From NCBI GenBank assembly GCA_051313645.2, contig JBNRSN020000018.1:16058001-16122000 (forward strand): a stretch of 64,000 bases of DNA, read 5' to 3'. Positions 40,001 through 55,200 of this stretch are shown here, one piece after another. The notes under the pieces were generated by a model. It made no database searches and had not been told where the DNA came from. It worked only from the letters and a program-made list of their open reading frames with translations. The stretch's first letter is position 1, and each line of letters begins with the position of its first letter. The DNA is from Centroscyllium fabricii (Eukaryota). The position numbers were made by a program, and so were the translations under genes.

Positions 40001-41965
40001 TGTAACAACTGTGTGTAATAACTGTGTGCAATGACTGTGTGTAATGAAAATGCATAATGATTGTGTGTAATGACTGTGAGTAATGATTGTGTTTAGTGAC
40101 TGTGTAATGAGTGTGTGTAATGACTATGTGTAATGAATGTGTGTAATGAGTGTGTGTAACGACTGCGTGTAATGACTGTGCATAACGATTGTGCATAATG
40201 ACTGTGTGTAATGACTGTGAGTAATGAATGTGTGTAATAAGTGTGTGTAATGATTGTGAGTGATGACTGTGTGTAATGACTGTGCATAATGACTGTGTGT
40301 AATGACTGTGAGTAACGACTGTGAGTAATGACTGTGAGTAATGACTGTGAGTAATGATTGTGCATACCGACTGTGAGTAATGACTGTGAGTAATGACTGT
40401 GCGTAATAACTGTGCATAACAACTGCGCAAAATGAGTGTGCATAATGATTGTGTGTAATGACTGTGCATATTGACTGTGAGTAACAACTGTGCGACACGA
40501 CTATGTGTAATGAATGTGCATAATGACTGGAGAAATAACTGTGTTTAGCGACTGTGTGTAACGACTGTGTGTAATAACTGTTTGTAATGACTGCATAATG
40601 ACTGTGTGTACTAACTGTGTGTAATGACTGTATGTACTGACTGTGTGTAATGAGTGTGTTTAATGACTGTGAGTAATAACTGTGTTTAGTGACTGTGTAA
40701 TGTGTGTGTAATGACTGTGTGTAACAAATGTGTGTAATGAGTGTGTGCAATGACTGTGTTATGACTGTGCGTAACGACTGTGAGTCACAAATGTGTGTAA
40801 TACATGTGTGTAATGATTGTGAGTAATGACTGTGTGTAATGACTGTGAGCAACAACTGTGAGTAATGAATGTGAGAAACTACTTTGTGTAACGGTCATGT
40901 GCAATGACTGTGCATAACGACTGTGCATAACAACTGTGTGTAATGATTGTGTGTAATGATTGTGCTTAATGATTGTGCATAATGACTGTGCATAACGACT
41001 GTGCATAATGATAGTACGTAACAGCTGTGAGTAACGAGTGTGCGGAATGACTATGCATAACAATTGTGTGGAACGATTGTGTGTAATGCCTGTGCATAAT
41101 TACTGTGTTTAATGACTGTGCATAATGACTGTGTGTAATGACTGTGAGTAATGACTGTATGTAATGACTGTATGTAATGGCTGTGCATAACGAATGTAAG
41201 TAACGACTGTGCGTAACAACTGTGTAATGACTGTGCGTAACAACTGTGTGTAAAGACTGTGCATAACGAATGTGTGTAATGATTGTGAGTAATGAATGTG
41301 TGTAATAAGTGTGTGTAACAATTGTGAGTAATAACTGTGCATAATGACTGTGAGTAATGACTGTGTGTAATGACCTGTGAGTAACGACTGAGTAATGACT
41401 GTGAGTAACGACTGTGAGTAACGACTGTGTGTAATAACTGTGGGTAATGCCTGTGAGTAATGACTGTGTGTACCAACTCTGCAAAACAACTGTGCATAAT
41501 GAGTGCGTGTAATGATTGTGTGTAATGACTGTGCATAACGACTGTGAGTAACGATTGTGTGTAACGACTTTGTGTAATGACTGTGCATGATGACTGTGCA
41601 TAACAACTGTGAATAACGATTGTGTGTAATGAGTGTATGTATTAACTGTGAGTAACAACTGTGCGACACAACTATGTGTAATGACTGGATTAACGACTGT
41701 GTTTAATGACTGTGTGTAATGACTGTGTGTAATAACTGCGTGTAATGACTGCATAATGTCTGTGTGTAATAACTGTGTGCAATGACTGTGTGTAATGAAT
41801 GTGCATTAAATTGTGTGTAATGACTGTGAGTAATGACTGTGTTTAGTGACTGTGTAATGAGTGTGTGTAATGAGTGTGTGTAACCACTGCGTGTAATGAC
41901 TATGCGTAACGACTGTGCATAATGACTGTGTGTAATGACTGTGAGTGACAAATGTGTGTAATAAG

Positions 41966-42172
41966 TGTGGTAATATTGAATAGACTTCCGGGGAAGGCTA
42001 AGGGGTGAACTCTGTATATGTCACTTCCTGTTTTCTATTAGTATAAATACTGGAACTGCTCAGTATGGGGGAACGCTTCACCTGGAAGCATGGTAAAACC
42101 TGTCTTTGTACATAGTGATAATGTAGTGGATTGCTTTAAGTTGTTGATGTATCAGACTCCATTATTACATCA
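41966..42172 (+). mobile_element. 207-bp solo-LTR-like insert, copy 7
   Basis: Same sequence and flanks as copy 1. Confidence 0.8.
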
Positions 42173-45100
42173 ATAAGTGTGTGTAATGATTGTGACTAAT
42201 GACTGTGTCTAATGACTGTGCGTAATGACTGTGTGTAATGACTGTGAGTAATGATTGTGCATACCGACTGTGAGTAATGACTGAGTAACAACTGTGCGTA
42301 ATAACTGTGCATAACAACTGCGCAAAATGAGTGTGCATATTGATTGTGTGTAATGACTGTGTGTAACGACTGTGAGTAACAATTGTGTGTAATGACTTTG
42401 TGTAATGACTGTGCATGATGACTGTGCATAACGACTGTGAATAACGATTGTGTGTAATGACTGTGTGTATTGACTGTGAGTAACAACTGTGCAACACGAC
42501 TATGTGTAATGACTGTGCATAATGACTGGAGAAACAACTGTGTTTAGCGACTGTGTGTAATGACTATGTGTAATAACCGTGTGTAATGACTGCATAATGA
42601 CTGTGTGTAATAACTGTGTGTAATGACTGTATGTACTGACTGTGTGTAATGAGTGTGTGTAAAGACTGTGAGTAATGACTGTGTTTAGTGACTGTGTAAT
42701 GAGTGTGTGTAATGACTTTATGTAACAAATGTGTGTAATGAGTGTGTGTAACAACTGTGTAATGACTGTTCGTAATGACTGTGAGTAACGAATGTGTGTA
42801 ATAAGTGTGTGTAATGATTGTGAGTAATGACTGTGCCTAACAACTGTGAGTAATGACTGTGTGTAATGATTGTGAGTGACGACTGTGAGTAATGACTGTG
42901 ACTAATGACTGTGAGTAATGATTGTGTGTACCGACTGTGAGTAATGACTGTGAGTAATGACTCTGCGTAATAAATATGGGTAATGCCTGTGAGTAATGAC
43001 TGTGTGTACCAACTGTGCATAACAACTGTGCATAATGAGTATGCATAACAATTGTGTGTAACAACTGTGTGTAACGACTGTGAGTAATGATTGTGTGTAA
43101 CGACTTTGTGTCGTGACTGTGCATGACGAGTGTACATAACGACTGTGAATAACAATTGTGTGTAATGACTGCATATTGACTGTGAGTAACAACTGTCAAC
43201 GCAACTATGTATAATGACTGTGCATAACGACTGGAGTAACGATTGTGTTTAATGACTGTGTGTAATAACTGTGTGTAATGACTGCGTAATGACTGTGTGT
43301 AATAACTGTGTGCAATGACTGTGTGTAATGACTGTGTGTAACGATTGTGCATAATGACTGTGCATAATGACTGAGTAACGACTGTGCGTAATGACTGTGA
43401 GTAATAATTGTGTGTAACAACTTTGTGTAATGACTGTGCATGATGACTGTGCATAACGACTGTGAATAATGATTGTGTGTAATGACTGTGTGTAATGACT
43501 GTGCGTAATGACTGTGTGTAATGATTGTGTAATGACTGTGGGTAACGACTGTGTGTAATGACTGTGTGTATTGACTGTGCATAATAACTGTGCATAACGA
43601 CTGTGTAATGACTGTGGGTAATGACTGTGAGTAATGTCTGTGTAACAAATGTGTGTAATGAATGTGAGTAATGATGGTGTGTAATGATTGTGAGTAATGA
43701 CTGTGTGTAATGAATGTGTGTAACGAATGTGCATAACAACTGTGAGTAATGACTGTGAGTAACGATTGTGTGTAATGACTGTGCATAATGACTGCGTAAC
43801 GACTGTGGGTAACGACTGTGTGTAACGACTGTGTGTAACGACTGTGTGTATTGACTGTGCGTAATGACTGTGCATAACATCTGTGTAATGACTGTGGGTA
43901 ATGACTGTGAGTAATGTCTGTGATTAACAACTGCGTAACAAATGTGTGTAATGATTGTGAGTAATGACTGTGTGTAATGACTGTGAGTAATGATTGTGTG
44001 TAATGACTGTGTATAATGACTGTGTGTAATGGCTGTGTGTAATGACTGTGCACAACAGCTGTGCATAATGACTGTGAGTAACAACTGTGTGTAATGACAG
44101 AGAGTAACGATGGTGTGTAACAGCTGTGAGTAATGACTGTGAGCAACGATGGTGTGTAATGAATGTGAGTAACTATTATGTGTAACGATCATGTGTAATG
44201 ACTGTGCATAACAACTGTGTGTAATGACTGTGTAATGATTGTGCTTAATGACTGTGCATAATGACTGTGCATAACAACTGTGCATAATGACTGTGCATAA
44301 TGATTTTACGTAACAACTGTGAGAAATGAGTGTGCGGAATGACTATGCATAATGATTGTGTGGAATGATTGTGTGTAATGTCTGTGCATAATGACTGTGT
44401 TTAATGACTGTGCATAATGACTGTGTGTAATGACTGTGAGTAATGACTGTGTGTAATGACTGTGTGCAATGACTGTGCATAATGACTGTGAGTAACGACT
44501 GCACGTAATGACTGTGTAATGGCCGTGCGTAACAACTGTGCGTAAAGACTGTGCATAATGACTGTGCGTAATGACCATGCATATTGACTGTGCATAATGA
44601 TGTGTGTAATGACTGTGAGCAATGAATGTGTGTAATAAGTGTGTGTAACAATTGTGAGTAATGACTGTGCATAACGACTGTGAGTAATGACTGTGTGTAA
44701 TGACTGTGAGTAACAACTGTGAGTAATGACTGTGCATAATAACTGTGGGTAATGACTGTGAGTAATGACTGTGAGTAATGACTGTGAGTAATGACTGTGC
44801 ATAATAACTGTGGGTAATGACTGTGAGTAAGGACTGTGTGTACCAACTGTGCATAACAATTGCACATAATGAGTGTCTGTAACGATTGTGTGTAATGACT
44901 GTGCGTAATGACTGTGAGTAATGATTGTGTGTAACGACTTTGTGTAATGACTGTGAGTAACGATTGTGTGTAACGACTTTGTGTAATGACTGTGCATGAT
45001 GACTGTGCATAACAACTGTGAATAACGATTGTGTGTAATGACTGTGTGTATTAACTGTGAGTAACAGCTGTGTGACACGACTATGGGTAATGACTGTGCA

Positions 45101-47036
45101 TAATGACTGGAGTAATGACTGTGTGTAACAACTGTGTGTAATAACTGTGTGCAATGACTGTGTGTAATGAAAATGCATAATGATTGTGTGTAATGACTGT
45201 GAGTAATGATTGTGTTTAGTGACTGTGTAATGAGTGTGTGTAATGACTATGTGTAATGAATGTGTGTAATGAGTGTGTGTAACGACTGCGTGTAATGACT
45301 GTGCATAACGATTGTGCATAATGACTGTGTGTAATGACTGTGAGTAATGAATGTGTGTAATAAGTGTGTGTAATGATTGTGAGTGATGACTGTGTGTAAT
45401 GACTGTGCATAATGACTGTGTGTAATGACTGTGAGTAACGACTGTGAGTAATGACTGTGAGTAATGACTGTGCGTAATAACTGTGCATAACAACTGCGCA
45501 AAATGAGTGTGCATAATGATTGTGTGTAATGACTGTGCATATTGACTGTGAGTAACAACTGTGCGACACGACTATGTGTAATGAATGTGCATAATGACTG
45601 GAGAAATAACTGTGTTTAGCGACTGTGTGTAACGACTGTGTGTAATAACTGTTTGTAATGACTGCGTAATGACTGTGTGTACTAACTGTGTGTAATGACT
45701 GTATGTACTGACTGTGTGTAATGAGTGTGTTTAATGACTGTGAGTAATAACTGTGTTTAGTGACTGTGTAATGTGTGTGTAATGACTGTGTGTAACAAAT
45801 GTGTGTAATGAGTGTGTGCAATGACTGTGTTATGACTGTGCGTAACGACTGTGAGTCACAAATGTGTGTAATACATGTGTGTAATGATTGTGAGTAATGA
45901 CTGTGTGTAATGACTGTGAGCAACAACTGTGAGTAATGAATGTGAGAAACTACTTTGTGTAACGGTCATGTGCAATGACTGTGCATAACGACTGTGCATA
46001 ACAACTGTGTGTAATGATTGTGTGTAATGATTGTGCTTAATGATTGTGCATAATGACTGTGCATAACGACTGTGCATAATGATAGTACGTAACAGCTGTG
46101 AGTAACGAGTGTGCGGAATGACTATGCATAACAATTGTGTGGAACGATTGTGTGTAAAGCCTGTGCATAATTACTGTGTTTAATGACTGTGCATAATGAC
46201 TGTGTGTAATGACTGTGAGTAATGACTGTATGTAATGACTGTATGTAATGGCTGTGCATAACGAATGTAAGTAACGACTGTGCGTAACAACTGTGTAATG
46301 ACTGTGCGTAACAACTGTGTGTAAAGACTGTGCATAACGAATGTGTGTAATGATTGTGAGTAATGAATGTGTGTAATAAGTGTGTGTAACAATTGTGAGT
46401 AATAACTGTGCATAATGACTGTGAGTAATGACTGTGTGTAATGACCTGTGAGTAACGACTGAGTAATGACTGTGATTAACGACTGTGAGTAACGACTGTG
46501 TGTAATAACTGTGGGTAATGCCTGTGAGTAATGACTGTGTGTACCAACTCTGCAAAACAACTGTGCATAATGAGTGCGTGTAATGATTGTGTGTAATGAC
46601 TGTGCATAACGACTGTGAGTAACGATTGTGTGTAACGACTTTGTGTAATGACTGTGCATGATGACTGTGCATAACAACTGTGAATAACGATTGTGTGTAA
46701 TGAGTGTATGTATTAACTGTGAGTAACAACTGTGCGACACAACTATGTGTAATGACTGGATTAACGACTGTGTTTAATGACTGTGTGTAATGACTGTGTG
46801 TAATAACTGCGTGTAATGACTGCATAATGTCTGTGTTTAATAACTGTGTGCAATGACTGTGTGTAATGAATGTGCATTAAATTGTGTGTAATGACTGTGA
46901 GTAATGACTGTGTTTAGTGACTGTGTAATGAGTGTGTGTAATGAGTGTGTGTAACCACTGCGTGTAATGACTATGCGTAACGACTGTGCATAATGACTGT
47001 GTGTAATGACTGTGAGTGACAAATGTGTGTAATAAG

Positions 47037-47243
47037 TGTGGTAATATTGAATAGACTTCCGGGGAAGGCTAAGGGGTGAACTCTGTATATGTCACTTCCT
47101 GTTTTCTATTAGTATAAATACTGGAACTGCTCAGTATGGGGGAACGCTTCACCTGGAAGCATGGTAAAACCTGTCTTTGTACATAGTGATAATGTAGTGG
47201 ATTGCTTTAAGTTGTTGATGTATCAGACTCCATTATTACATCA
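47037..47243 (+). mobile_element. 207-bp solo-LTR-like insert, copy 8
   Basis: Same sequence and flanks as copy 1. Confidence 0.8.
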
Positions 47244-50200
47244 ATAAGTGTGTGTAATGATTGTGACTAATGACTGTGTCTAATGACTGTGCGTAATGAC
47301 TGTGTGTAATGACTGTGAGTAATGATTGTGCATACCGACTGTGAGTAATGACTGAGTAACAACTGTGCGTAATAACTGTGCATAACAACTGCGCAAAATG
47401 AGTGTGCATATTGATTGTGTGTAATGACTGTGTGTAACGACTGTGAGTAACAATTGTGTGTAATGACTTTGTGTAATGACTGTGCATGATGACTGTGCAT
47501 AACGACTGTGAATAACGATTGTGTGTAATGACTGTGTGTATTGACTGTGAGTAACAACTGTGCAACACGACTATGTGTAATGACTGTGCATAATGACTGG
47601 AGAAACAACTGTGTTTAGCGACTGTGTGTAATGACTATGTGTAATAACCGTGTGTAATGACTGCATAATGACTGTGTGTAATAACTGTGTGTAATGACTG
47701 TATGTACTGACTGTGTGTAATGAGTGTGTGTAAAGACTGTGAGTAATGACTGTGTTTAGTGACTGTGTAATGAGTGTGTGTAATGACTTTATGTAACAAA
47801 TGTGTGTAATGAGTGTGTGTAACAACTGTGTAATGACTGTTCGTAATGACTGTGAGTAACGAATGTGTGTAATAAGTGTGTGTAATGATTGTGAGTAATG
47901 ACTGTGCCTAACAACTGTGAGTAATGACTGTGTGTAATGATTGTGAGTGACGACTGTGAGTAATGACTGTGACTAATGACTGTGAGTAATGATTGTGTGT
48001 ACCGACTGTGAGTAATGACTGTGAGTAATGACTGTGCGTAATAAATATGGGTAATGCCTGTGAGTAATGACTGTGTGTACCAACTGTGCATAACAACTGT
48101 GCATAATGAGTATGCATAACAATTGTGTGTAACAACTGTGTGTAACGACTGTGAGTAATGATTGTGTGTAACGACTTTGTGTCGTGACTGTGCATGACGA
48201 GTGTACATAACGACTGTGAATAACAATTGTGTGTAATGACTGCATATTGACTGTGAGTAACAACTGTCAACGCAACTATGTATAATGACTGTGCATAACG
48301 ACTGGAGTAACGATTGTGTTTAATGACTGTGTGTAATAACTGTGTGTAATGACTGCGTAATGACTGTGTGTAATAACTGTGTGCAATGACTGTGTGTAAT
48401 GACTGTGTGTAACGATTGTGCATAATGACTGTGCATAATGACTGAGTAACGACTGTGCGTAATGACTGTGAGTAATAATTGTGTGTAACAACTTTGTGTA
48501 ATGACTGTGCATGATGACTGTGCATAACGACTGTGAATAATGATTGTGTGTAATGACTGTGTGTAATGACTGTGCGTAATGACTGTGTGTAATGATTGTG
48601 TAATGACTGTGGGTAACGACTGTGTGTAATGACTGTGTGTATTGACTGTGCATAATAACTGTGCATAACGACTGTGTAATGACTGTGGGTAATGACTGTG
48701 AGTAATGTCTGTGTAACAAATGTGTGTAATGAATGTGAGTAATGATGGTGTGTAATGATTGTGAGTAATGACTGTGTGTAATGAATGTGTGTAACGAATG
48801 TGCATAACAACTGTGAGTAATGACTGTGAGTAACGATTGTGTGTAATGACTGTGCATAATGACTGCGTAACGACTGTGGGTAACGACTGTGTGTAACGAC
48901 TGTGTGTAACGACTGTGTGTATTGACTGTGCGTAATGACTGTGCATAACATCTGTGTAATGACTGTGGGTAATGACTGTGAGTAATGTCTGTGATTAACA
49001 ACTGCGTAACAAATGTGTGTAATGATTGTGAGTAATGACTGTGTGTAATGACTGTGAGTAATGATTGTGTGTAATGACTGTGTATAATGACTGTGTGTAA
49101 TGGCTGTGTGTAATGACTGTGCACAACAGCTGTGCATAATGACTGTGAGTAACAACTGTGTGTAATGACAGAGAGTAACGATGGTGTGTAACAGCTGTGA
49201 GTAATGACTGTGAGCAACGATGGTGTGTAATGAATGTGAGTAACTATTATGTGTAACGATCATGTGTAATGACTGTGCATAACAACTGTGTGTAATGACT
49301 GTGTAATGATTGTGCTTAATGACTGTGCATAATGACTGTGCATAACAACTGTGCATAATGACTGTGCATAATGATTTTACGTAACAACTGTGAGAAATGA
49401 GTGTGCGGAATGACTATGCATAATGATTGTGTGGAATGATTGTGTGTAATGTCTGTGCATAATGACTGTGTTTAATGACTGTGCATAATGACTGTGTGTA
49501 ATGACTGTGAGTAATGACTGTGTGTAATGACTGTGTGCAATGACTGTGCATAATGACTGTGAGTAACGACTGCACGTAATGACTGTGTAATGGCCGTGCG
49601 TAACAACTGTGCGTAAAGACTGTGCATAATGACTGTGCGTAATGACCATGCATATTGACTGTGCATAATGATGTGTGTAATGACTGTGAGCAATGAATGT
49701 GTGTAATAAGTGTGTGTAACAATTGTGAGTAATGACTGTGCATAACGACTGTGAGTAATGACTGTGTGTAATGACTGTGAGTAACAACTGTGAGTAATGA
49801 CTGTGCATAATAACTGTGGGTAATGACTGTGAGTAATGACTGTGAGTAATGACTGTGAGTAATGACTGTGCATAATAACTGTGGGTAATGACTGTGAGTA
49901 AGGACTGTGTGTACCAACTGTGCATAACAATTGCACATAATGAGTGTCTGTAACGATTGTGTGTAATGACTGTGCGTAATGACTGTGAGTAATGATTGTG
50001 TGTAACGACTTTGTGTAATGACTGTGAGTAACGATTGTGTGTAACGACTTTGTGTAATGACTGTGCATGATGACTGTGCATAACAACTGTGAATAATGAT
50101 TGTGTGTAATGACTGTGAGTAATGATTGTGTTTAGTGACTGTGTAATGAGTGTGTGTAATGACTATGTGTAATGAATGTGTGTAATGAGTGTGTGTAACG

Positions 50201-52004
50201 ACTGCGTGTAATGACTGTGCATAACGATTGTGCATAATGACTGTGTGTAATGACTGTGAGTAATGAATGTGTGTAATAAGTGTGTGTAATGATTGTGAGT
50301 GATGACTGTGTGTAATGACTGTGCATAATGACTGTGTGTAATGACTGTGAGTAACGACTGTGAGTAATGACTGTGAGTAATGACTGTGAGTAATGATTGT
50401 GCATACCGACTGTGAGTAATGACTGTGAGTAATGACTGTGCGTAATAACTGTGCATAACAACTGCGCAAAATGAGTGTGCATAATGATTGTGTGTAATGA
50501 CTGTGCATATTGACTGTGAGTAACAACTGTGCGACACGACTATGTGTAATGAATGTGCATAATGACTGGAGAAATAACTGTGTTTAGCGACTGTGTGTAA
50601 CGACTGTGTGTAATAACTGTTTGTAATGACTGCGTAATGACTGTGTGTACTAACTGTGTGTAATGACTGTATGTACTGACTGTGTGTAATGAGTGTGTTT
50701 AATGACTGTGAGTAATAACTGTGTTTAGTGACTGTGTAATGTGTGTGTAATGACTGTGTGTAACAAATGTGTGTAATGAGTGTGTGCAATGACTGTGTTA
50801 TGACTGTGCGTAACGACTGTGAGTCACAAATGTGTGTAATACATGTGTGTAATGATTGTGAGTAATGACTGTGTGTAATGACTGTGAGCAACAACTGTGA
50901 GTAATGAATGTGAGAAACTACTTTGTGTAACGGTCATGTGCAATGACTGTGCATAACGACTGTGCATAACAACTGTGTGTAATGATTGTGTGTAATGATT
51001 GTGCTTAATGATTGTGCATAATGACTGTGCATAACGACTGTGCATAATGATAGTACGTAACAGCTGTGAGTAACGAGTGTGCGGAATGACTATGCATAAC
51101 AATTGTGTGGAACGATTGTGTGTAATGCCTGTGCATAATTACTGTGTTTAATGACTGTGCATAATGACTGTGTGTAATGACTGTGAGTAATGACTGTATG
51201 TAATGACTGTATGTAATGGCTGTGCATAACGAATGTAAGTAACGACTGTGCGTAACAACTGTGTAATGACTGTGCGTAACAACTGTGTGTAAAGACTGTG
51301 CATAACGAATGTGTGTAATGATTGTGAGTAATGAATGTGTGTAATAAGTGTGTGTAACAATTGTGAGTAATAACTGTGCATAATGACTGTGAGTAATGAC
51401 TGTGTGTAATGACCTGTGAGTAACGACTGAGTAATGACTGTGAGTAACGACTGTGAGTAACGACTGTGTGTAATAACTGTGGGTAATGCCTGTGAGTAAT
51501 GACTGTGTGTACCAACTCTGCAAAACAACTGTGCATAATGAGTGCGTGTAATGATTGTGTGTAATGACTGTGCATAACGACTGTGAGTAACGATTGTGTG
51601 TAACGACTTTGTGTAATGACTGTGCATGATGACTGTGCATAACAACTGTGAATAACGATTGTGTGTAATGAGTGTATGTATTAACTGTGAGTAACAACTG
51701 TGCGACACAACTATGTGTAATGACTGGATTAACGACTGTGTTTAATGACTGTGTGTAATGACTGTGTGTAATAACTGCGTGTAATGACTGCATAATGTCT
51801 GTGTGTAATAACTGTGTGCAATGACTGTGTGTAATGAATGTGCATTAAATTGTGTGTAATGACTGTGAGTAATGACTGTGTTTAGTGACTGTGTAATGAG
51901 TGTGTGTAATGAGTGTGTGTAACCACTGCGTGTAATGACTATGCGTAACGACTGTGCATAATGACTGTGTGTAATGACTGTGAGTGACAAATGTGTGTAA
52001 TAAG

Positions 52005-52211
52005 TGTGGTAATATTGAATAGACTTCCGGGGAAGGCTAAGGGGTGAACTCTGTATATGTCACTTCCTGTTTTCTATTAGTATAAATACTGGAACTGCTC
52101 AGTATGGGGGAACGCTTCACCTGGAAGCATGGTAAAACCTGTCTTTGTACATAGTGATAATGTAGTGGATTGCTTTAAGTTGTTGATGTATCAGACTCCA
52201 TTATTACATCA
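52005..52211 (+). mobile_element. 207-bp solo-LTR-like insert, copy 9
   Basis: Same sequence and flanks as copy 1. Confidence 0.8.
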
Positions 52212-55200
52212 ATAAGTGTGTGTAATGATTGTGACTAATGACTGTGTCTAATGACTGTGCGTAATGACTGTGTGTAATGACTGTGAGTAATGATTGTGCA
52301 TACCGACTGTGAGTAATGACTGAGTAACAACTGTGCGTAATAACTGTGCATAACAACTGCGCAAAATGAGTGTGCATATTGATTGTGTGTAATGACTGTG
52401 TGTAACGACTGTGAGTAACAATTGTGTGTAATGACTTTGTGTAATGACTGTGCATGATGACTGTGCATAATGACTGTGAATAACGATTGTGTGTAATGAC
52501 TGTGTGTATTGACTGTGAGTAACAACTGTGCAACACGACTATGTGTAATGACTGTGCATAATGACTGGAGAAACAACTGTGTTTAGCGACTGTGTGTAAT
52601 GACTATGTGTAATAACCGTGTGTAATGACTGCATAATGACTGTGTGTAATAACTGTGTGTAATGACTGTATGTACTGACTGTGTGTAATGAGTGTGTGTA
52701 AAGACTGTGAGTAATGACTGTGTTTAGTGACTGTGTAATGAGTGTGTGTAATGACTTTATGTAACAAATGTGTGTAATGAGTGTGTGTAACAACTGTGTA
52801 ATGACTGTTCATAATGACTGTGAGTAACGAATGTGTGTAATAAGTGTGTGTAATGATTGTGAGTAATGACTGTGCCTAACAACTGTGAGTAATGACTGTG
52901 TGTAATGATTGTGAGTGACGACTGTGAGTAATGACTGTGACTAATGACTGTGAGTAATGATTGTGTGTACCGACTGTGAGTAATGACTGTGAGTAATGAC
53001 TGTGCGTAATAAATATGGGTAATGCCTGTGAGTAATGACTGTGTGTACCAACTGTGCATAACAACTGTGCATAATGAGTATGCATAACAATTGTGTGTAA
53101 CAACTGTGTGTAACGACTGTGAGTAATGATTGTGTGTAACGACTTTGTGTCGTGACTGTGCATGACGAGTGTACATAACGACTGTGAATAACAATTGTGT
53201 GTAATGACTGCATATTGACTGTGAGTAACAACTGTCAACGCAACTATGTATAATGACTGTGCATAACGACTGGAGTAACGATTGTGTTTAATGACTGTGT
53301 GTAATAACTGTGTGTAATGACTGCGTAATGACTGTGTGTAATAACTGTGTGCAATGACTGTGTGTAATGACTGTGTGTAACGATTGTGCATAATGACTGT
53401 GCATAATGACTGAGTAACGACTGTGCGTAATGACTGTGAGTAATAATTGTGTGTAACAACTTTGTGTAATGACTGTGCATGATGACTGTGCATAACGACT
53501 GTGAATAATGATTGTGTGTAATGACTGTGTGTAATGACTGTGCGTAATGACTGTGTGTAATGATTGTGTAATGACTGTGGGTAACGACTGTGTGTAATGA
53601 CTGTGTGTATTGACTGTGCATAATAACTGTGCATAACGACTGTGTAATGACTGTGGGTAATGACTGTGAGTAATGTCTGTGTAACAAATGTGTGTAATGA
53701 ATGTGAGTAATGATGGTGTGTAATGATTGTGAGTAATGACTGTGTGTAATGAATGTGTGTAACGAATGTGCATAACAACTGTGAGTAATGACTGTGAGTA
53801 ACGATTGTGTGTAATGACTGTGCATAATGACTGCGTAACGACTGTGGGTAACGACTGTGTGTAACGACTGTGTGTATTGACTGTGCATAATGACTGTGCA
53901 TAACATCTGTGTAATGACTGTGGGTAATGACTGTGAGTAATGTCTGTGATTAACAACTGCATAACAAATGTGTGTAATGATTGTGAGTAATGACTGTGTG
54001 TAATGACTGTGAGTAATGATTGTGTGTAATGACTGTGTATAATGACTGTGTGTAATGGCTGTGTGTAATGACTGTGCACAACAGCTGTGCATAATGACTG
54101 TGAGTAACAACTGTGTGTAATGACAGAGAGTAACGATGGTGTGTAACAGCTGTGAGTAATGACTGTGAGCAACGATGGTGTGTAATGAATGTGAGTAACT
54201 ATTATGTGTAACGATCATGTGTAATGACTGTGCATAACAACTGTGTGTAATGACTGTGTAATGATTGTGCTTAATGACTGTGCATAATGACTGTGCATAA
54301 CAACTGTGCATAATGACTGTGCATAATGATTTTACGTAACAACTGTGAGAAATGACTGTGCGGAATGACTATGCATAATGATTGTGTGGAATGATTGTGT
54401 GTAATGTCTGTGCATAATGACTGTGTTTAATGACTGTGCATAATGACTGTGTGTAATGACTGTGAGTAATGACTGTGTGTAATGACTGTGTGCAATGACT
54501 GTGCATAATGACTGTGAGTAACGACTGCACGTAATGACTGTGTAATGGCCGTGCGTAACAACTGTGCGTAAAGACTGTGCATAATGACTGTGCGTAATGA
54601 CCATGCATATTGACTGTGCATAATGATGTGTGTAATGACTGTGAGCAATGAATGTGTGTAATAAGTGTGTGTAACAATTGTGAGTAATGACTGTGCATAA
54701 CGACTGTGAGTAATGACTGTGTGTAATGACTGTGAGTAACAACTGTGAGTAATGACTGTGCATAATAACTGTGGGTAATGACTGTGAGTAATGACTGTGA
54801 GTAATGACTGTGAGTAATGACTGTGCATAATAACTGTGGGTAATGACTGTGAGTAAGGACTGTGTGTACCAACTGTGCATAACAATTGCACATAATGAGT
54901 GTCTGTAACGATTGTGTGTAATGACTGTGCGTAATGACTGTGAGTAATGATTGTGTGTAATGACTTTGTGTAATGACTGTGAGTAACGATTGTGTGTAAT
55001 GACTTTGTGTAATGACTGTGCATGACGACTGTGCATAACAACTGTGAATAACGATTGTGTGTAATGACTGTGTGTATTAACTGTGAGTAACAGCTGTGTG
55101 ACACGACTATGGGTAATGACTGTGCATAATGACTGGAGTAATGACTGTGTGTAACAACTGTGTGTAATAACTGTGTGCAATGACTGTGTGTAATGAAAAT

